This document shows positions 1 through 8,987 of a DNA stretch of 26,319 bases, one piece after another (positions within the stretch are counted from its first letter, which is position 1; every line of letters starts with the position of its first letter). A program made the position numbers and the translations under genes. Origin of the DNA: a virus (taxonomy: Duplodnaviria; Caudoviricetes); IMG/VR virus record IMGVR_UViG_3300011337_000242, positions 1 through 26,319 of that record; one strand, 5' to 3'. The notes under the pieces were generated by a model. It saw only the letters and a program-made list of their open reading frames with translations. It had not been told where the DNA came from and did not search any database.

Positions 1-91
1 CGGCCATCTTCTGGGCTATTGATTCATCACTTACTGCACTTTGACCTGTGACCGAACCAATTGTGGTGTTAGGACTTGTCGTTGTTTCCAT
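1..91 (-). CDS. 5' part of a gene running off the window (METTTSPNTTIGSVTGQSAVSDESIAQKMA...), probable scaffolding protein
   Basis: ATG at 91 with AAGGA RBS upstream; frame open to the edge; position two genes after the portal and a low-complexity N-terminus fit a podovirus scaffold. Function is inferred from position only. Confidence 0.55.
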   Translation of the reverse strand, partial: METTTSPNTTIGSVTGQSAVSDESIAQKMA

Positions 92-101
92 TTAATTTTC
101 C

Positions 102-446
102 TTAGTTTAATTCTTCGGGCACATTTGTGTTACCGAGTTTGCTTTTCAAATACACTGCTCTTTTCAGAGAAGTAATAAAACTGTCTATACCAGCAAGTTC
201 ATTACATATTGCAACTCGCTGTTTATCATCATCTATTGTATGACCCCTTATACTTGCAAGGGAGTCAGCCAACTCAAACTTAAAATGATGCACAAACATT
301 GCTAAGTCTTTACTCTTTAGCAATGCTTCTGCTTGACTTCCATAATGTCTAACTCTGTCTTGTTGAGCAGGAGTCAGTTTCTTTATGTTACTTAAGTCTA
401 CTGTTAATCTGTTATTAAAAAATTCTATGCTATCATCATTAATCAT
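102..446 (-). CDS. hypothetical protein between portal and scaffold
   Basis: 114 aa helical-looking ORF, tightly packed, TAAATA 4 nt before the ATG. Confidence 0.8.
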   Translation of the reverse strand: MINDDSIEFFNNRLTVDLSNIKKLTPAQQDRVRHYGSQAEALLKSKDLAMFVHHFKFELADSLASIRGHTIDDDKQRVAICNELAGIDSFITSLKRAVYLKSKLGNTNVPEELN

Positions 447-450
447 ATTC

Positions 451-456
451 TATTTA
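451..456 (-). promoter_or_regulatory. TAAATA late-promoter-like element
   Basis: ggacTAAATAgaatATG. Confidence 0.65.
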
Positions 457-466
457 GTCCGATAAA

Positions 467-2728
467 TTAACTGTAAACTTTTGGCTTTCCTTGTGCTAAA
501 CTCATTAAATCAAGTTGACTTTCCATATCTTGTCCAGTCATCTCTGCTTGTATTTGTGCAGCCTTAACATTATCAAGTTGGGCACTTGCCAATCGTTTCT
601 TATCTTCAGCACTTGGTTCACGATTCTTCATCGCTTCAGCACCTTGTGCAATCATTTGTTCTACTTCGTCATCACTTGGTAGATATGTGTCTGCATCTTT
701 TACACCAAGCACATACAATGTATCTGCAAATGGTTTCTTAACTTTTTGATATATTTCTTTAGTTAATGTTCCTGCACCTACCATTGCTGTAGTTGTTTGA
801 TATAAGTCAGATTGACATTTTTGAATGATTTGTAATCTGCCTAATGCGTTTTCTTCACTCATCATACCAATGCTTAGTTCCATACGAATCTGTTTTCTAT
901 CACAGAAGTTCATATCGTCCCAAGACACATAATCTAAGAACTCAGGAGTTTTATCTGGGTGAAATTGTTGTGCTAACTTTTTAACACCATAATCATCACC
1001 ATACTGAACTAATGTTCTCCATACTAACCATAATGCTTCTTTAAGACCTTCAGCACTATTGCGAATAGTATTGTCTTGTATGATTTGATTAGGCGTCAAT
1101 GCTAACTGTAATTTAATACCACTGTTACCCGCAGCCATAACTTCTGGATTGAATACATCACTTGGTGTAGTCATACCAACCATAGCCATTGTGTCTTGTT
1201 GAATACGATTCATCGCAACTTCCAAGAATTGTAAGTTTCCGCTTGGAGGAGGCAATTGGTAGATATCTTTCGCTGGATCAAACTTGCTGTCTAATATAAA
1301 GATAGCAGCCTCGCCATCCTGTAACATCTCAAAGTCTAATCTGTCTGGCTTAACACCAATACGAGGTGTTGCTGTTAATAGTCCTAGTTGTATCTCGGCA
1401 CGGGCGGCAGAGGTGTTGTATTCTTGCATAGGTATTACTGATTCAGCAACACTCATACCATAGAAGTTACCTGGTAGTGGCTTAGGACACATATTAGCAA
1501 CAGGAATAAATTCTACTTCCCTCGCACTGATAATGTATGAACCTGAGTAAATTAACTCAACTAGTTCTAACTCGCCATCACCATCAATGTCGTATCTGTT
1601 CCATACAGTAACAACTGATACCTGACGACTATCTGGATCAGCACTACTTGCTGAACTTACAGGAATACCCATAACAGGCACACTATCTCTTGCGTGAATA
1701 GCAAGATTGTTTAATACTGAACCTGCTTGATAAGCACCATTCATATTGTATTCTGCGTGAACACGAAATTCTTCTAAGTTAATGCCTGGATATAGTTCTA
1801 CTGCTTCTTGTATGCTCATTGGATCGTAATAACCACAGAATGGTTGATCCTTCATCTCTGGCACAGTTGGATCACAAATCCAATAGTGTTGTGCAATAGG
1901 ATGAAATCTAACATTGATATTGTAACCAGTTAGTTTATATTTTGCTGAATAGATTGTGTTGCGTTTAATTGCTTCATCTAATATGCTTTGTTCAGCATTC
2001 AACATTATTTCTTGTTCATCCATTTGCTCATCTAGTTCGCTTTCACCTTGTAGTGTGGCTACAAATTCATCAAGTTTTGCTTGACCTAGATTTGCGTTTT
2101 CTTCGCCTAAGTTCTGTTGTATTTCTGCTAATGCTTTTTGTAAATCAACATTGACTCTGCGTTTACTTTGGCGTAATGCTGTTAATCCACTTTCACCGGC
2201 TTGTTGTTCAAATGCTCTTAATTGGTCTATTGTGCCTTGTGTTTCCACATAACGAGTAATAGGTTCACGAATGGGTTTAATCATCATCATACCATTCTTG
2301 TGCATCATCGCATCCATAATCCAACGCTCTAAAATAAAGTGTGGATCATTCATTTGATTGACAACTTTACTGACCATATCAGTTGCTTGTCTTGCCGCTA
2401 TTTCATCTTCTTCTGTATCTGCTACAAACTCAACGTTAATTTCCCCGTTAGGCATTAGACCTTTAGCAACAACTGCTGTTGCGTAATCTACCACAGGTTT
2501 TACGGATGGGTGAATGTAGTCAATGCCATTCACTGGTGCTGTTGATTCCGTTACAGCAAGACATAGATAGTGATAGTCACTGGCACGATTGACTGCGTTT
2601 TTAGTGCCTAAATAGCGCAAATAAGATGCCATTTTGACATCCATTTGATTCTTCATACGAACGAATCTTGCGTTCATCGTTCTATTTTGATTGATGTTAT
2701 CAATTGGGATATTCTTAATATCTAACAT
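467..2728 (-). CDS. portal protein (P22-like/podovirus)
   Basis: 753 aa downstream of TerL; DIDGDGELE segment, PLPGNFYGMS and C-terminal coiled coil resemble P22-like portals. Confidence 0.85.
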   Translation of the reverse strand: MLDIKNIPIDNINQNRTMNARFVRMKNQMDVKMASYLRYLGTKNAVNRASDYHYLCLAVTESTAPVNGIDYIHPSVKPVVDYATAVVAKGLMPNGEINVEFVADTEEDEIAARQATDMVSKVVNQMNDPHFILERWIMDAMMHKNGMMMIKPIREPITRYVETQGTIDQLRAFEQQAGESGLTALRQSKRRVNVDLQKALAEIQQNLGEENANLGQAKLDEFVATLQGESELDEQMDEQEIMLNAEQSILDEAIKRNTIYSAKYKLTGYNINVRFHPIAQHYWICDPTVPEMKDQPFCGYYDPMSIQEAVELYPGINLEEFRVHAEYNMNGAYQAGSVLNNLAIHARDSVPVMGIPVSSASSADPDSRQVSVVTVWNRYDIDGDGELELVELIYSGSYIISAREVEFIPVANMCPKPLPGNFYGMSVAESVIPMQEYNTSAARAEIQLGLLTATPRIGVKPDRLDFEMLQDGEAAIFILDSKFDPAKDIYQLPPPSGNLQFLEVAMNRIQQDTMAMVGMTTPSDVFNPEVMAAGNSGIKLQLALTPNQIIQDNTIRNSAEGLKEALWLVWRTLVQYGDDYGVKKLAQQFHPDKTPEFLDYVSWDDMNFCDRKQIRMELSIGMMSEENALGRLQIIQKCQSDLYQTTTAMVGAGTLTKEIYQKVKKPFADTLYVLGVKDADTYLPSDDEVEQMIAQGAEAMKNREPSAEDKKRLASAQLDNVKAAQIQAEMTGQDMESQLDLMSLAQGKPKVYS

Positions 2729-2755
2729 AATGGGGGTTTTACCTTTAGTATCTAC

Positions 2756-2761
2756 TATTTA
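2756..2761 (-). promoter_or_regulatory. TAAATA element upstream of portal
   Basis: agacTAAATAgtag, 27 nt before the ATG. Confidence 0.65.
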
Positions 2762-2777
2762 GTCTTTTGCAAAACAC

Positions 2778-2990
2778 TTAGTTTGGTAATATTATACGAG
2801 GTTGATTGTCCATAATGTCGCCCACTAAGTTGCAAGCGTGACATTTCTTCTGTTCTTCATCCTCATCTAACTCATAGATTGTGCAGGGTATTTCTCCTAC
2901 CATCATTATTTTTTCAAATGTTTGTGCGTGTCTTTCACACATAATTACTGGTGGATTATCATTTACTGTTACTAAAAATCTTGGTTCCAT
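2778..2990 (-). CDS. small putative Zn-binding protein
   Basis: 70 aa with CERH and CHAC; TAATG overlap with the methyltransferase stop. Confidence 0.7.
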   Translation of the reverse strand: MEPRFLVTVNDNPPVIMCERHAQTFEKIMMVGEIPCTIYELDEDEEQKKCHACNLVGDIMDNQPRIILPN

Positions 2991-4099
2991 TATTTTTCCT
3001 CAAATAGATTATTGTAGGTTGTCTTGGGCTTGCATTGTTCTTCCCAATGACTGATGCGTTTGTTTGCTATCTCAACATAGTTGGGGTCAAGTTCTATTCC
3101 AGTATAATCGTAGCCAAGTTCTACTGCCGCACATCCTGTTGATCCACTGCCATTAAACGGATCTAATATGTGACCATTTATTGGTGTGACTAACTTGATA
3201 AGATACTTCATTAGTTCTATTGGCTTTACTGTTGGATGATTGTTTCCACCACCTCTATTATCTAATCCCTCTGCCATTCGTTTTCCATCAGGACCATAGC
3301 ATCCTTGAACATCTCCAAACATTGCTGGAGGTTTATCGTGTCCAATATGTCGTTCTTTACTACTGACTTTAGGACAATAAAAATACTTTTGATATGGTTC
3401 ATCAATCTCACCTAATATATTTGCTGGAAATCTTTCACCAACTCTTGTAGCATCAATATTGATAGCACCAGTGCCATATTCTAACACATTTTCTCTTATA
3501 GATCCGATAACAGGCTTTCGTGCCATTACGATTGGTTCGTGTGCTGGTTTTAGTTGTGTGCCCCAACCACTCCATTCACTATCTACTTCTATGATTTCTT
3601 CAAAGATTACACTATACTTCTCACCTTCGTGACTTACTTTTAAGTTATCACCATTGATGTCAGGTAGCATACGATAAACTTTGTTTGTCTCTGGATAACG
3701 ATACTTACCATCTTCTTTAATCATAATAGCAGGATCAAATCGTTGTTTGTCTGGCTTACCATTAGCCTTTTTATGTATCTGTCTTCCAACATCTTGCGAC
3801 TTAGGGAAGCCACTACCATATATCCACATTATCTGGTCTCTAATCTCAAAGCCAACTGTCTCAACAGTCATAGCAAGATGATGATATGTTCTTGCCGCAC
3901 TGAACGCAAGTAGATGACCACCTGGCTTTAACACTCGTAGGCATTGTTCATAAACTTCACTATCACCTGTATTACTATCCCAATTTTTACCTAGGAAGTT
4001 GATACCATATGGTGGGTCTGTGACTACACAATCAAAACTATTATCTGCGTATGTTTTCAGTATTTCGGCACTGTTACCATTTATTATATTCCAAGTCAT
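2990..4099 (-). CDS. DNA methyltransferase, N4C/N6A beta class
   Basis: Catalytic TDPPY near N-terminus, HPTVKP and SAM-binding LDPFNGSGST near C-terminus; AAGGA RBS. Confidence 0.93.
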   Translation of the reverse strand: MTWNIINGNSAEILKTYADNSFDCVVTDPPYGINFLGKNWDSNTGDSEVYEQCLRVLKPGGHLLAFSAARTYHHLAMTVETVGFEIRDQIMWIYGSGFPKSQDVGRQIHKKANGKPDKQRFDPAIMIKEDGKYRYPETNKVYRMLPDINGDNLKVSHEGEKYSVIFEEIIEVDSEWSGWGTQLKPAHEPIVMARKPVIGSIRENVLEYGTGAINIDATRVGERFPANILGEIDEPYQKYFYCPKVSSKERHIGHDKPPAMFGDVQGCYGPDGKRMAEGLDNRGGGNNHPTVKPIELMKYLIKLVTPINGHILDPFNGSGSTGCAAVELGYDYTGIELDPNYVEIANKRISHWEEQCKPKTTYNNLFEEK

Positions 4100-4108
4100 T
4101 TCTATTCC

Positions 4109-5719
4109 TTAAGTTGCTGAGTATGACTTTTTCCAAGCAGGTTTATTGCTGTCATCTCTTTTTACATATCTATCTCGTTGTGCCATCATTCTTTGTTGTG
4201 GACTACGATTATCCCAGGGTTCTGCTATTCCTTGTAAGCAAGCAAGTATTCCATAACGACAACTATCAATACAGTCATCTGGATCACTGAATCTACCACG
4301 CTCATCAACGAAATAGTTTTGTGCTTCACTTAAGAAGTTTGTGCAGTTCTCATTGACCATTAAACTTCCTACTTCTAACATTTGACGCATTTGATTGATA
4401 CCATAACTCTTGTGATTAGTTACACGACCCTCGTTATCTGGAGGATTCATTATTGCTTTTTCATACACATTTAGTTCATAACTCTCAAACAGTTCTCTAA
4501 TACTACTTGAACTCATCGTGTATCTCCCACTAGTGTTTGCATCAGCAGGTAAAACAATAGGAGTGCCAAACACTTCAGGGCGAAGGAGATGATTGATATA
4601 CTGAGTGGGGACAGCCTCCTCAATACCTTGCACAATGATTTGTCTATGTAAGTAAGCAACACGCTCATATGGTTCCCAATATATTAAACTAATAACTGTT
4701 TTGTCATTTACTAAGCCTAAGTCAAGTGCTATTACTCGTTGTATGTTTGGTAATCTTGTAAAATCAATCTCACCTGTTTTATATGTAGGCCAGTTACTAA
4801 GTTGGAACACAGCACCTTTACCCATAACAGGTTTACCAGCAATACGAGCCTCTCGTTCGTGTGGTAAGTAATCACGCTCAAGTTGTCTACGAGTTGCGTT
4901 TAATAAGAATGGTAAGCCCCAGGGATCATACTCAGGACAATCATCCCAACTAACACGAATAAACTCATAGCCTTCTTCTTTGTTCCAGAACTTACTTACT
5001 AGTCCATTCAATCCTTTTAATGGCGTGAATGAACATAGAACCTTACCTTGCGTTGTCGCGGTTCGTGTAACGATTTCACTGAAGAAGTCGTCCGGCGGTT
5101 GTTCGTCAAAGACGGCAAGGTTGAGTTTGAATCCTTGTAACTGCCTAACTTCTTGCGTATAATTGGCAAATAGCAAATAACTATTACCGCCAGACTTGTG
5201 CCTAACTTCAACTCCAATACAGTTTGCCCCATCATTACGCATAGTATTAGTAATAATACACTCCCGTGGTATAGCACCAGATCCAAGATTTTCAGAAATT
5301 TTGACATCCTGTGTTCCTAACAATTCATTTTGTAATACTAACGCTACCTGACTCCAACCCTCACCAGCAACCATTGCTGTGATAGGACCAGTGAAGCGAT
5401 GACCTTCCCACCATTCAGGATACAATCCTGTTAAGTGATATGCTGTTTCAAAACAAGTTGATACTGTTTTACCAATACGATTAGCGGCAAGAATACCTCT
5501 ACGCTCACTACCACCTGTTTTGAAGAACTCTGTTTGATGCTTGAAAGGTCTGAAATATTTCAATTGATGATATCTCATATCTTCAGCAATCTCAATACTC
5601 AAATCCATTAGTTTTGTTTTTAATGGACCTGGTATTGTTTTTAATGCGTCTATAGTTAGATTGTTTTCATCCACACTATATCGCAATGCTCTCGCCATTA
5701 GAACATCTTCACTTAGCAT
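4109..5719 (-). CDS. terL: terminase large subunit
   Basis: Walker A AANRIGKT, Walker B LAVFDE, coupling motif SFTP, nuclease ALDLG and DDCIDSCRY. Confidence 0.95.
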   Translation of the reverse strand: MLSEDVLMARALRYSVDENNLTIDALKTIPGPLKTKLMDLSIEIAEDMRYHQLKYFRPFKHQTEFFKTGGSERRGILAANRIGKTVSTCFETAYHLTGLYPEWWEGHRFTGPITAMVAGEGWSQVALVLQNELLGTQDVKISENLGSGAIPRECIITNTMRNDGANCIGVEVRHKSGGNSYLLFANYTQEVRQLQGFKLNLAVFDEQPPDDFFSEIVTRTATTQGKVLCSFTPLKGLNGLVSKFWNKEEGYEFIRVSWDDCPEYDPWGLPFLLNATRRQLERDYLPHEREARIAGKPVMGKGAVFQLSNWPTYKTGEIDFTRLPNIQRVIALDLGLVNDKTVISLIYWEPYERVAYLHRQIIVQGIEEAVPTQYINHLLRPEVFGTPIVLPADANTSGRYTMSSSSIRELFESYELNVYEKAIMNPPDNEGRVTNHKSYGINQMRQMLEVGSLMVNENCTNFLSEAQNYFVDERGRFSDPDDCIDSCRYGILACLQGIAEPWDNRSPQQRMMAQRDRYVKRDDSNKPAWKKSYSAT

Positions 5720-6018
5720 TAGTTTGCCTTCAAATCTTTATGAACAAAGTAAACTGCTTCTAATGCTTGACTAACATCTTTTAATTCTGTAGGACTTAGT
5801 TTCCAAGTATCTGGATCATCTAATATCACACCATCACGCTTATCAAGACCTGCTTGTAATCGTTCTGTTAGTAATCGTAGTATATGTTCACATTGACCTG
5901 GAAACTTCTCAGCAAAAGCCACACGATGACTTGCGTTAATCTTTTGTAAGATTAATGTTTCACGCACTTTCGTTAGTTCTTGTGCTTGACGAATTTCGGT
6001 GTCTCTTGCGTTGTCCAT
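5719..6018 (-). CDS. hypothetical protein coupled to terL (alternative TerS candidate)
   Basis: 99 aa; TAATG overlaps at both ends. Confidence 0.75.
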   Translation of the reverse strand: MDNARDTEIRQAQELTKVRETLILQKINASHRVAFAEKFPGQCEHILRLLTERLQAGLDKRDGVILDDPDTWKLSPTELKDVSQALEAVYFVHKDLKAN

Positions 6019-6797
6019 TATACAGCCTTACTTAAGTCCCAAGGATTGCTAATAGCATCTTGGTTTAGTTGTCCAAACTCACGGTCAATCCATACATCCC
6101 ATTGACTTGACTTATTGACACGCATTGCTTTCATCATACTACGCAATCTACGACCGATAGGTGTAAGTGTTCCATCTTCACGCTGAATAGTTTGCTCGCC
6201 TGTGCGTGGATCAACCCATTTGTAAATCTCTGGGCGAACACGACCAAACTTGTCAATCTTTTCTCCGTGAGCATATTGTTCTAATGGACCTAGTATTTCA
6301 TAACTGATAGCACCACTCTTGTATTTTCTAAACATACAATGACACTTCTTACCACGAGCACGGGAGTCATCATCTGGATGAGGAACTAATGGACTATAAA
6401 ATAAGTTTTGTAATTGGTCTCTATCTGGTAATAATTCATCACGCTTTGGAACTGGCTTCAAATCTTCAACTGGAACCATATCAACTTTATCTACATATGG
6501 ATTATCAGTTCCTAAAAACACTGGATCAACTTCACTGCCATTTAATACATCCATTGCTGTTTGATATTTCAGTTTGTTAGCACGACCTTTTAAGTTCAAT
6601 ACTACACCTGTTTGGTCAAACACAAAGCGTTCAAGTTCTTTGGCTGTAGGGAAGTCAGTCATTAATCCTTCTAAATCATATTCTAATGATTGAACTTCTA
6701 CTGTAATGGCTTTTGTTGTTTTCTTTTTTGTGGGCGTTTTTGTAGGTTCTACTGATGAAATTGCTTCATCTGCCCAAGGGTTGTTCTCTTTTGTCAT
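6018..6797 (-). CDS. hypothetical protein (start revised to MTKENN)
   Basis: ATG at 6797 has an AAAGGA RBS; the track start at 6848 is a TTG inside a hairpin. Confidence 0.8.
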   Translation of the reverse strand: MTKENNPWADEAISSVEPTKTPTKKKTTKAITVEVQSLEYDLEGLMTDFPTAKELERFVFDQTGVVLNLKGRANKLKYQTAMDVLNGSEVDPVFLGTDNPYVDKVDMVPVEDLKPVPKRDELLPDRDQLQNLFYSPLVPHPDDDSRARGKKCHCMFRKYKSGAISYEILGPLEQYAHGEKIDKFGRVRPEIYKWVDPRTGEQTIQREDGTLTPIGRRLRSMMKAMRVNKSSQWDVWIDREFGQLNQDAISNPWDLSKAV

Positions 6798-6820
6798 TTC
6801 TTTTCCTTTAATAACTATAC

Positions 6821-6850
6821 AAAACTTGAGTAGCCCTATGCTACTCAAGT
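6821..6850 (-). terminator. perfect 11-bp hairpin with T tail, probable intrinsic terminator
   Basis: ACTTGAGTAGC (6824-6834) / GCTACTCAAGT (6840-6850), 5-nt loop; on the minus strand the stem ends in T and is followed by TTTG. Confidence 0.6.
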
Positions 6851-6851
6851 G

Positions 6852-6857
6852 TATTTA
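6852..6857 (-). promoter_or_regulatory. TAAATA element abutting a hairpin
   Basis: tgagTAAATAcact. Confidence 0.6.
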
Positions 6858-6862
6858 CTCAA

Positions 6863-7171
6863 TTAACCTTTGGTTATAGGTTTCTTGTATTTGCTTGGTA
6901 GTTTGCTACCATTTGCTGTTGAATTCTTTTTAGGTCCAACATTAGTGTTAGCGTGTAAGCCTTCAACTGCTGGCAATATGAATGGCTTCATTCCATTACC
7001 GCGTGTTTCAAGTGCTGTTATTACCATATCTGCTAATTGTGATTTCTCACTACCAGATGTAGATTTCAATTTCATAAACTCGTCACGCTTGCTTGTAGTG
7101 CCAGCGTTGCCCATTGTAGGGCCGCGTTTTTGATTGATTGCTTTTGCTTGTGGGTTTTTAGTGTTCATCAT
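6863..7171 (-). CDS. small basic hypothetical protein
   Basis: 102 aa, Lys-rich, contains KRGPTMGN. Confidence 0.75.
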   Translation of the reverse strand: MMNTKNPQAKAINQKRGPTMGNAGTTSKRDEFMKLKSTSGSEKSQLADMVITALETRGNGMKPFILPAVEGLHANTNVGPKKNSTANGSKLPSKYKKPITKG

Positions 7172-7177
7172 TTTATT

Positions 7178-7546
7178 TTATCCTACTATTGTTACCGGTG
7201 TAATATACACTGGACTTGCGTTTGCGGCAACGGCAGCAACATATATAGTTGTTGGTGTTGATGGTGTTGCGGCAACTTCAACAATAACCTCAGCATATGC
7301 TGGGATTACGCAACTGCCTGCGTTTGCACCTTCACCTGTTGGTATAGTTGCTGTTAAATTTGCTGTGCCAGTTGCGAAGTAAATGTTCTCACTTGCGCTA
7401 CCATTAGTAATCTTTAAGAAGTATGGACCTGGCTGTCCACCAAAGCCCCAACCTGCTTCAGCCGGTGTAATGTTTATTGAACTGCTACTTGAAGTAGCAC
7501 TGACTAAATGTGTTAGTCCAGTTACTTGATATGCTTGAATAGCCAT
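7178..7546 (-). CDS. small beta-rich protein, possible virion decoration protein
   Basis: 122 aa, Ala/Thr/Gly/Val-rich; TAATG overlap with the upstream gene; role inferred from composition. Confidence 0.7.
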   Translation of the reverse strand: MAIQAYQVTGLTHLVSATSSSSSINITPAEAGWGFGGQPGPYFLKITNGSASENIYFATGTANLTATIPTGEGANAGSCVIPAYAEVIVEVAATPSTPTTIYVAAVAANASPVYITPVTIVG

Positions 7547-7932
7547 TATTTTTGATTCCCTTTAGTTGGGCCACGACCTGCGTTGATGCTGTCAATGTTG
7601 CCTTTGTAATTTTGTGTTGCGCTAGGATCCCAAGTGCGTGTCTCAGGGAAACGACCGCCGCCACTATAACGAACTTGCGGACCACGATTAATGTTGTCAC
7701 GCACTGAACCTTGCTTTGGTAATGTAGGAACTACTCTTGCGTCTGGATATGTTCTATCGTCATCGCTTTTATTACCTACTGTAGGGCCACGACCTTTATT
7801 GATTAGTTTGCCGTCATTCATCGTTCCAGTATGATGATTAGTCATATACTTTGTAGAGTGCTTAGGAGCGATTTTCTCCATACCATCAAAGTTTAAGTTC
7901 GTGTCACTTTGAGTTTTACCATTATGTTTCAT
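7546..7932 (-). CDS. small basic disordered protein with RGP repeats
   Basis: 128 aa; GRGPTVGN, NRGPQV, GRGPTKGN; AAAGGA RBS and ATGA overlap. Confidence 0.78.
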   Translation of the reverse strand: MKHNGKTQSDTNLNFDGMEKIAPKHSTKYMTNHHTGTMNDGKLINKGRGPTVGNKSDDDRTYPDARVVPTLPKQGSVRDNINRGPQVRYSGGGRFPETRTWDPSATQNYKGNIDSINAGRGPTKGNQK

Positions 7933-8087
7933 TTGGATTTTCCTTTTGTTTTTGCTGTCTTGGCTGATTGTTTGAATGCACTTGCTGTAGGAGCACCCTT
8001 TGCTCCTGGCTTACGCATTTTCTCGCCTGAGCCAGCCTTTATTCGCTCACGCTTGGCGTGTATATTAGCATACAATCCATTCTTCAT
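7929..8087 (-). CDS. 52-aa highly basic phage protein, not in the ORF track
   Basis: MKNGLYANIHAKRERIKAGSGEKMRKPGAKGAPTASAFKQSAKTAKTKGKSK*; fills the gap, ATGA overlap with the next gene, TAAATA 5 nt upstream. Confidence 0.85.
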   Translation of the reverse strand: MKNGLYANIHAKRERIKAGSGEKMRKPGAKGAPTASAFKQSAKTAKTKGKSK

Positions 8088-8092
8088 ATTAC

Positions 8093-8098
8093 TATTTA
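8093..8098 (-). promoter_or_regulatory. TAAATA element overlapping the upstream stop
   Basis: agaaTAAATAgtaatATG. Confidence 0.6.
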
Positions 8099-8440
8099 TT
8101 CTTTCTGTAAACCGGTAAGTTTGGCTAATGCTTCTGCAAATGCAACTTTCTTAGCCTCAATAGTATCACTACTATCTGTTACTTCAATCTTAGCCATATT
8201 AGTCATTACTTTGTTTAATATCAAGTTGTGATATTTAATGATTAACTGACTGTCGTTATTCTGTCTTGCTAATAAGAAATCATTTACAAGTAGTTCCTCG
8301 TAGGGCTTTCCACCTGCTTTGATTTCTAGCATCTCTAATAACCCACCAACACTAAGTTGATTGCGCCCGTCTTTTTTACGACCCGCACCTGGACGAGCAC
8401 CGCCCTTGGGTTTCTTTACTGTTGTTGTAATCTTTTCCAT
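8096..8440 (-). CDS. putative terminase small subunit-like protein
   Basis: N-terminal KGGARPGAGRKK segment of the kind seen in many TerS proteins; helical core; first gene of the unit leading to terL. Confidence 0.6.
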   Translation of the reverse strand: MEKITTTVKKPKGGARPGAGRKKDGRNQLSVGGLLEMLEIKAGGKPYEELLVNDFLLARQNNDSQLIIKYHNLILNKVMTNMAKIEVTDSSDTIEAKKVAFAEALAKLTGLQKE

Positions 8441-8444
8441 AAAG

Positions 8445-8477
8445 TATTTATCTTCCTTATTTTTCTAATATTAAATA
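8445..8477. promoter_or_regulatory. divergent pair of TAAATA elements
   Basis: Minus 8445-8450 (TAAATActttATG) and plus 8472-8477 (TAAATAgact, before the GNAT RBS). Confidence 0.65.
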
Positions 8478-8498
8478 GACTATCACAAAGGAATAGAA

Positions 8499-8987
8499 AT
8501 GACTTATACTTGGAGACCCGCTACTGGCTTAGATGTGCCACATATCGTAAAAATGGCTGTAGACCACTTTCAAACAGAGATAGACACTATCTTTACCCCA
8601 GACCCCGTTGCATATAGTCGCAACATTACCTTTGCTGTCGTCAATCAATTCTATTGTCCTACAACCGAACTATTATCAGTTGCAGTGGACAGTGAAAACA
8701 ACATAGTTGCTTACACTTGGGCCAAAGCAAACGAACATTCACCCTGGAGTGATGATGAAATGGTCATCATTAAAATGGCACATCTATCACTAACATTATC
8801 TACAAGAGAAAGAGTCAAGTTAGTAATTGATATGATGCATTTATGGGAAGCCTTTGCTACTTTGGCTCAGGTCAATATTATCTGTTCTACCACAATGCGT
8901 AAAGACCAATCATCATTTCTAAAACTACACGAAAAGCACGGTTATGATGTTCGTGGTAGTTATGCTTACAAAAAATTAAACGCTTAA
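8499..8987 (+). CDS. GNAT-fold protein (acetyltransferase-like)
   Basis: N-terminal WRPATGLDVPHI, central NIVAY strand, C-terminal FLKLHEKHGY; AAGGA RBS; no clear R/QxxGxG motif. Confidence 0.7.
   Translation: MTYTWRPATGLDVPHIVKMAVDHFQTEIDTIFTPDPVAYSRNITFAVVNQFYCPTTELLSVAVDSENNIVAYTWAKANEHSPWSDDEMVIIKMAHLSLTLSTRERVKLVIDMMHLWEAFATLAQVNIICSTTMRKDQSSFLKLHEKHGYDVRGSYAYKKLNA

Noticed and set aside
2990-4099. Restriction-modification or defence system
   Set aside because: No nuclease partner is recognisable; orphan methyltransferases are common in phages.
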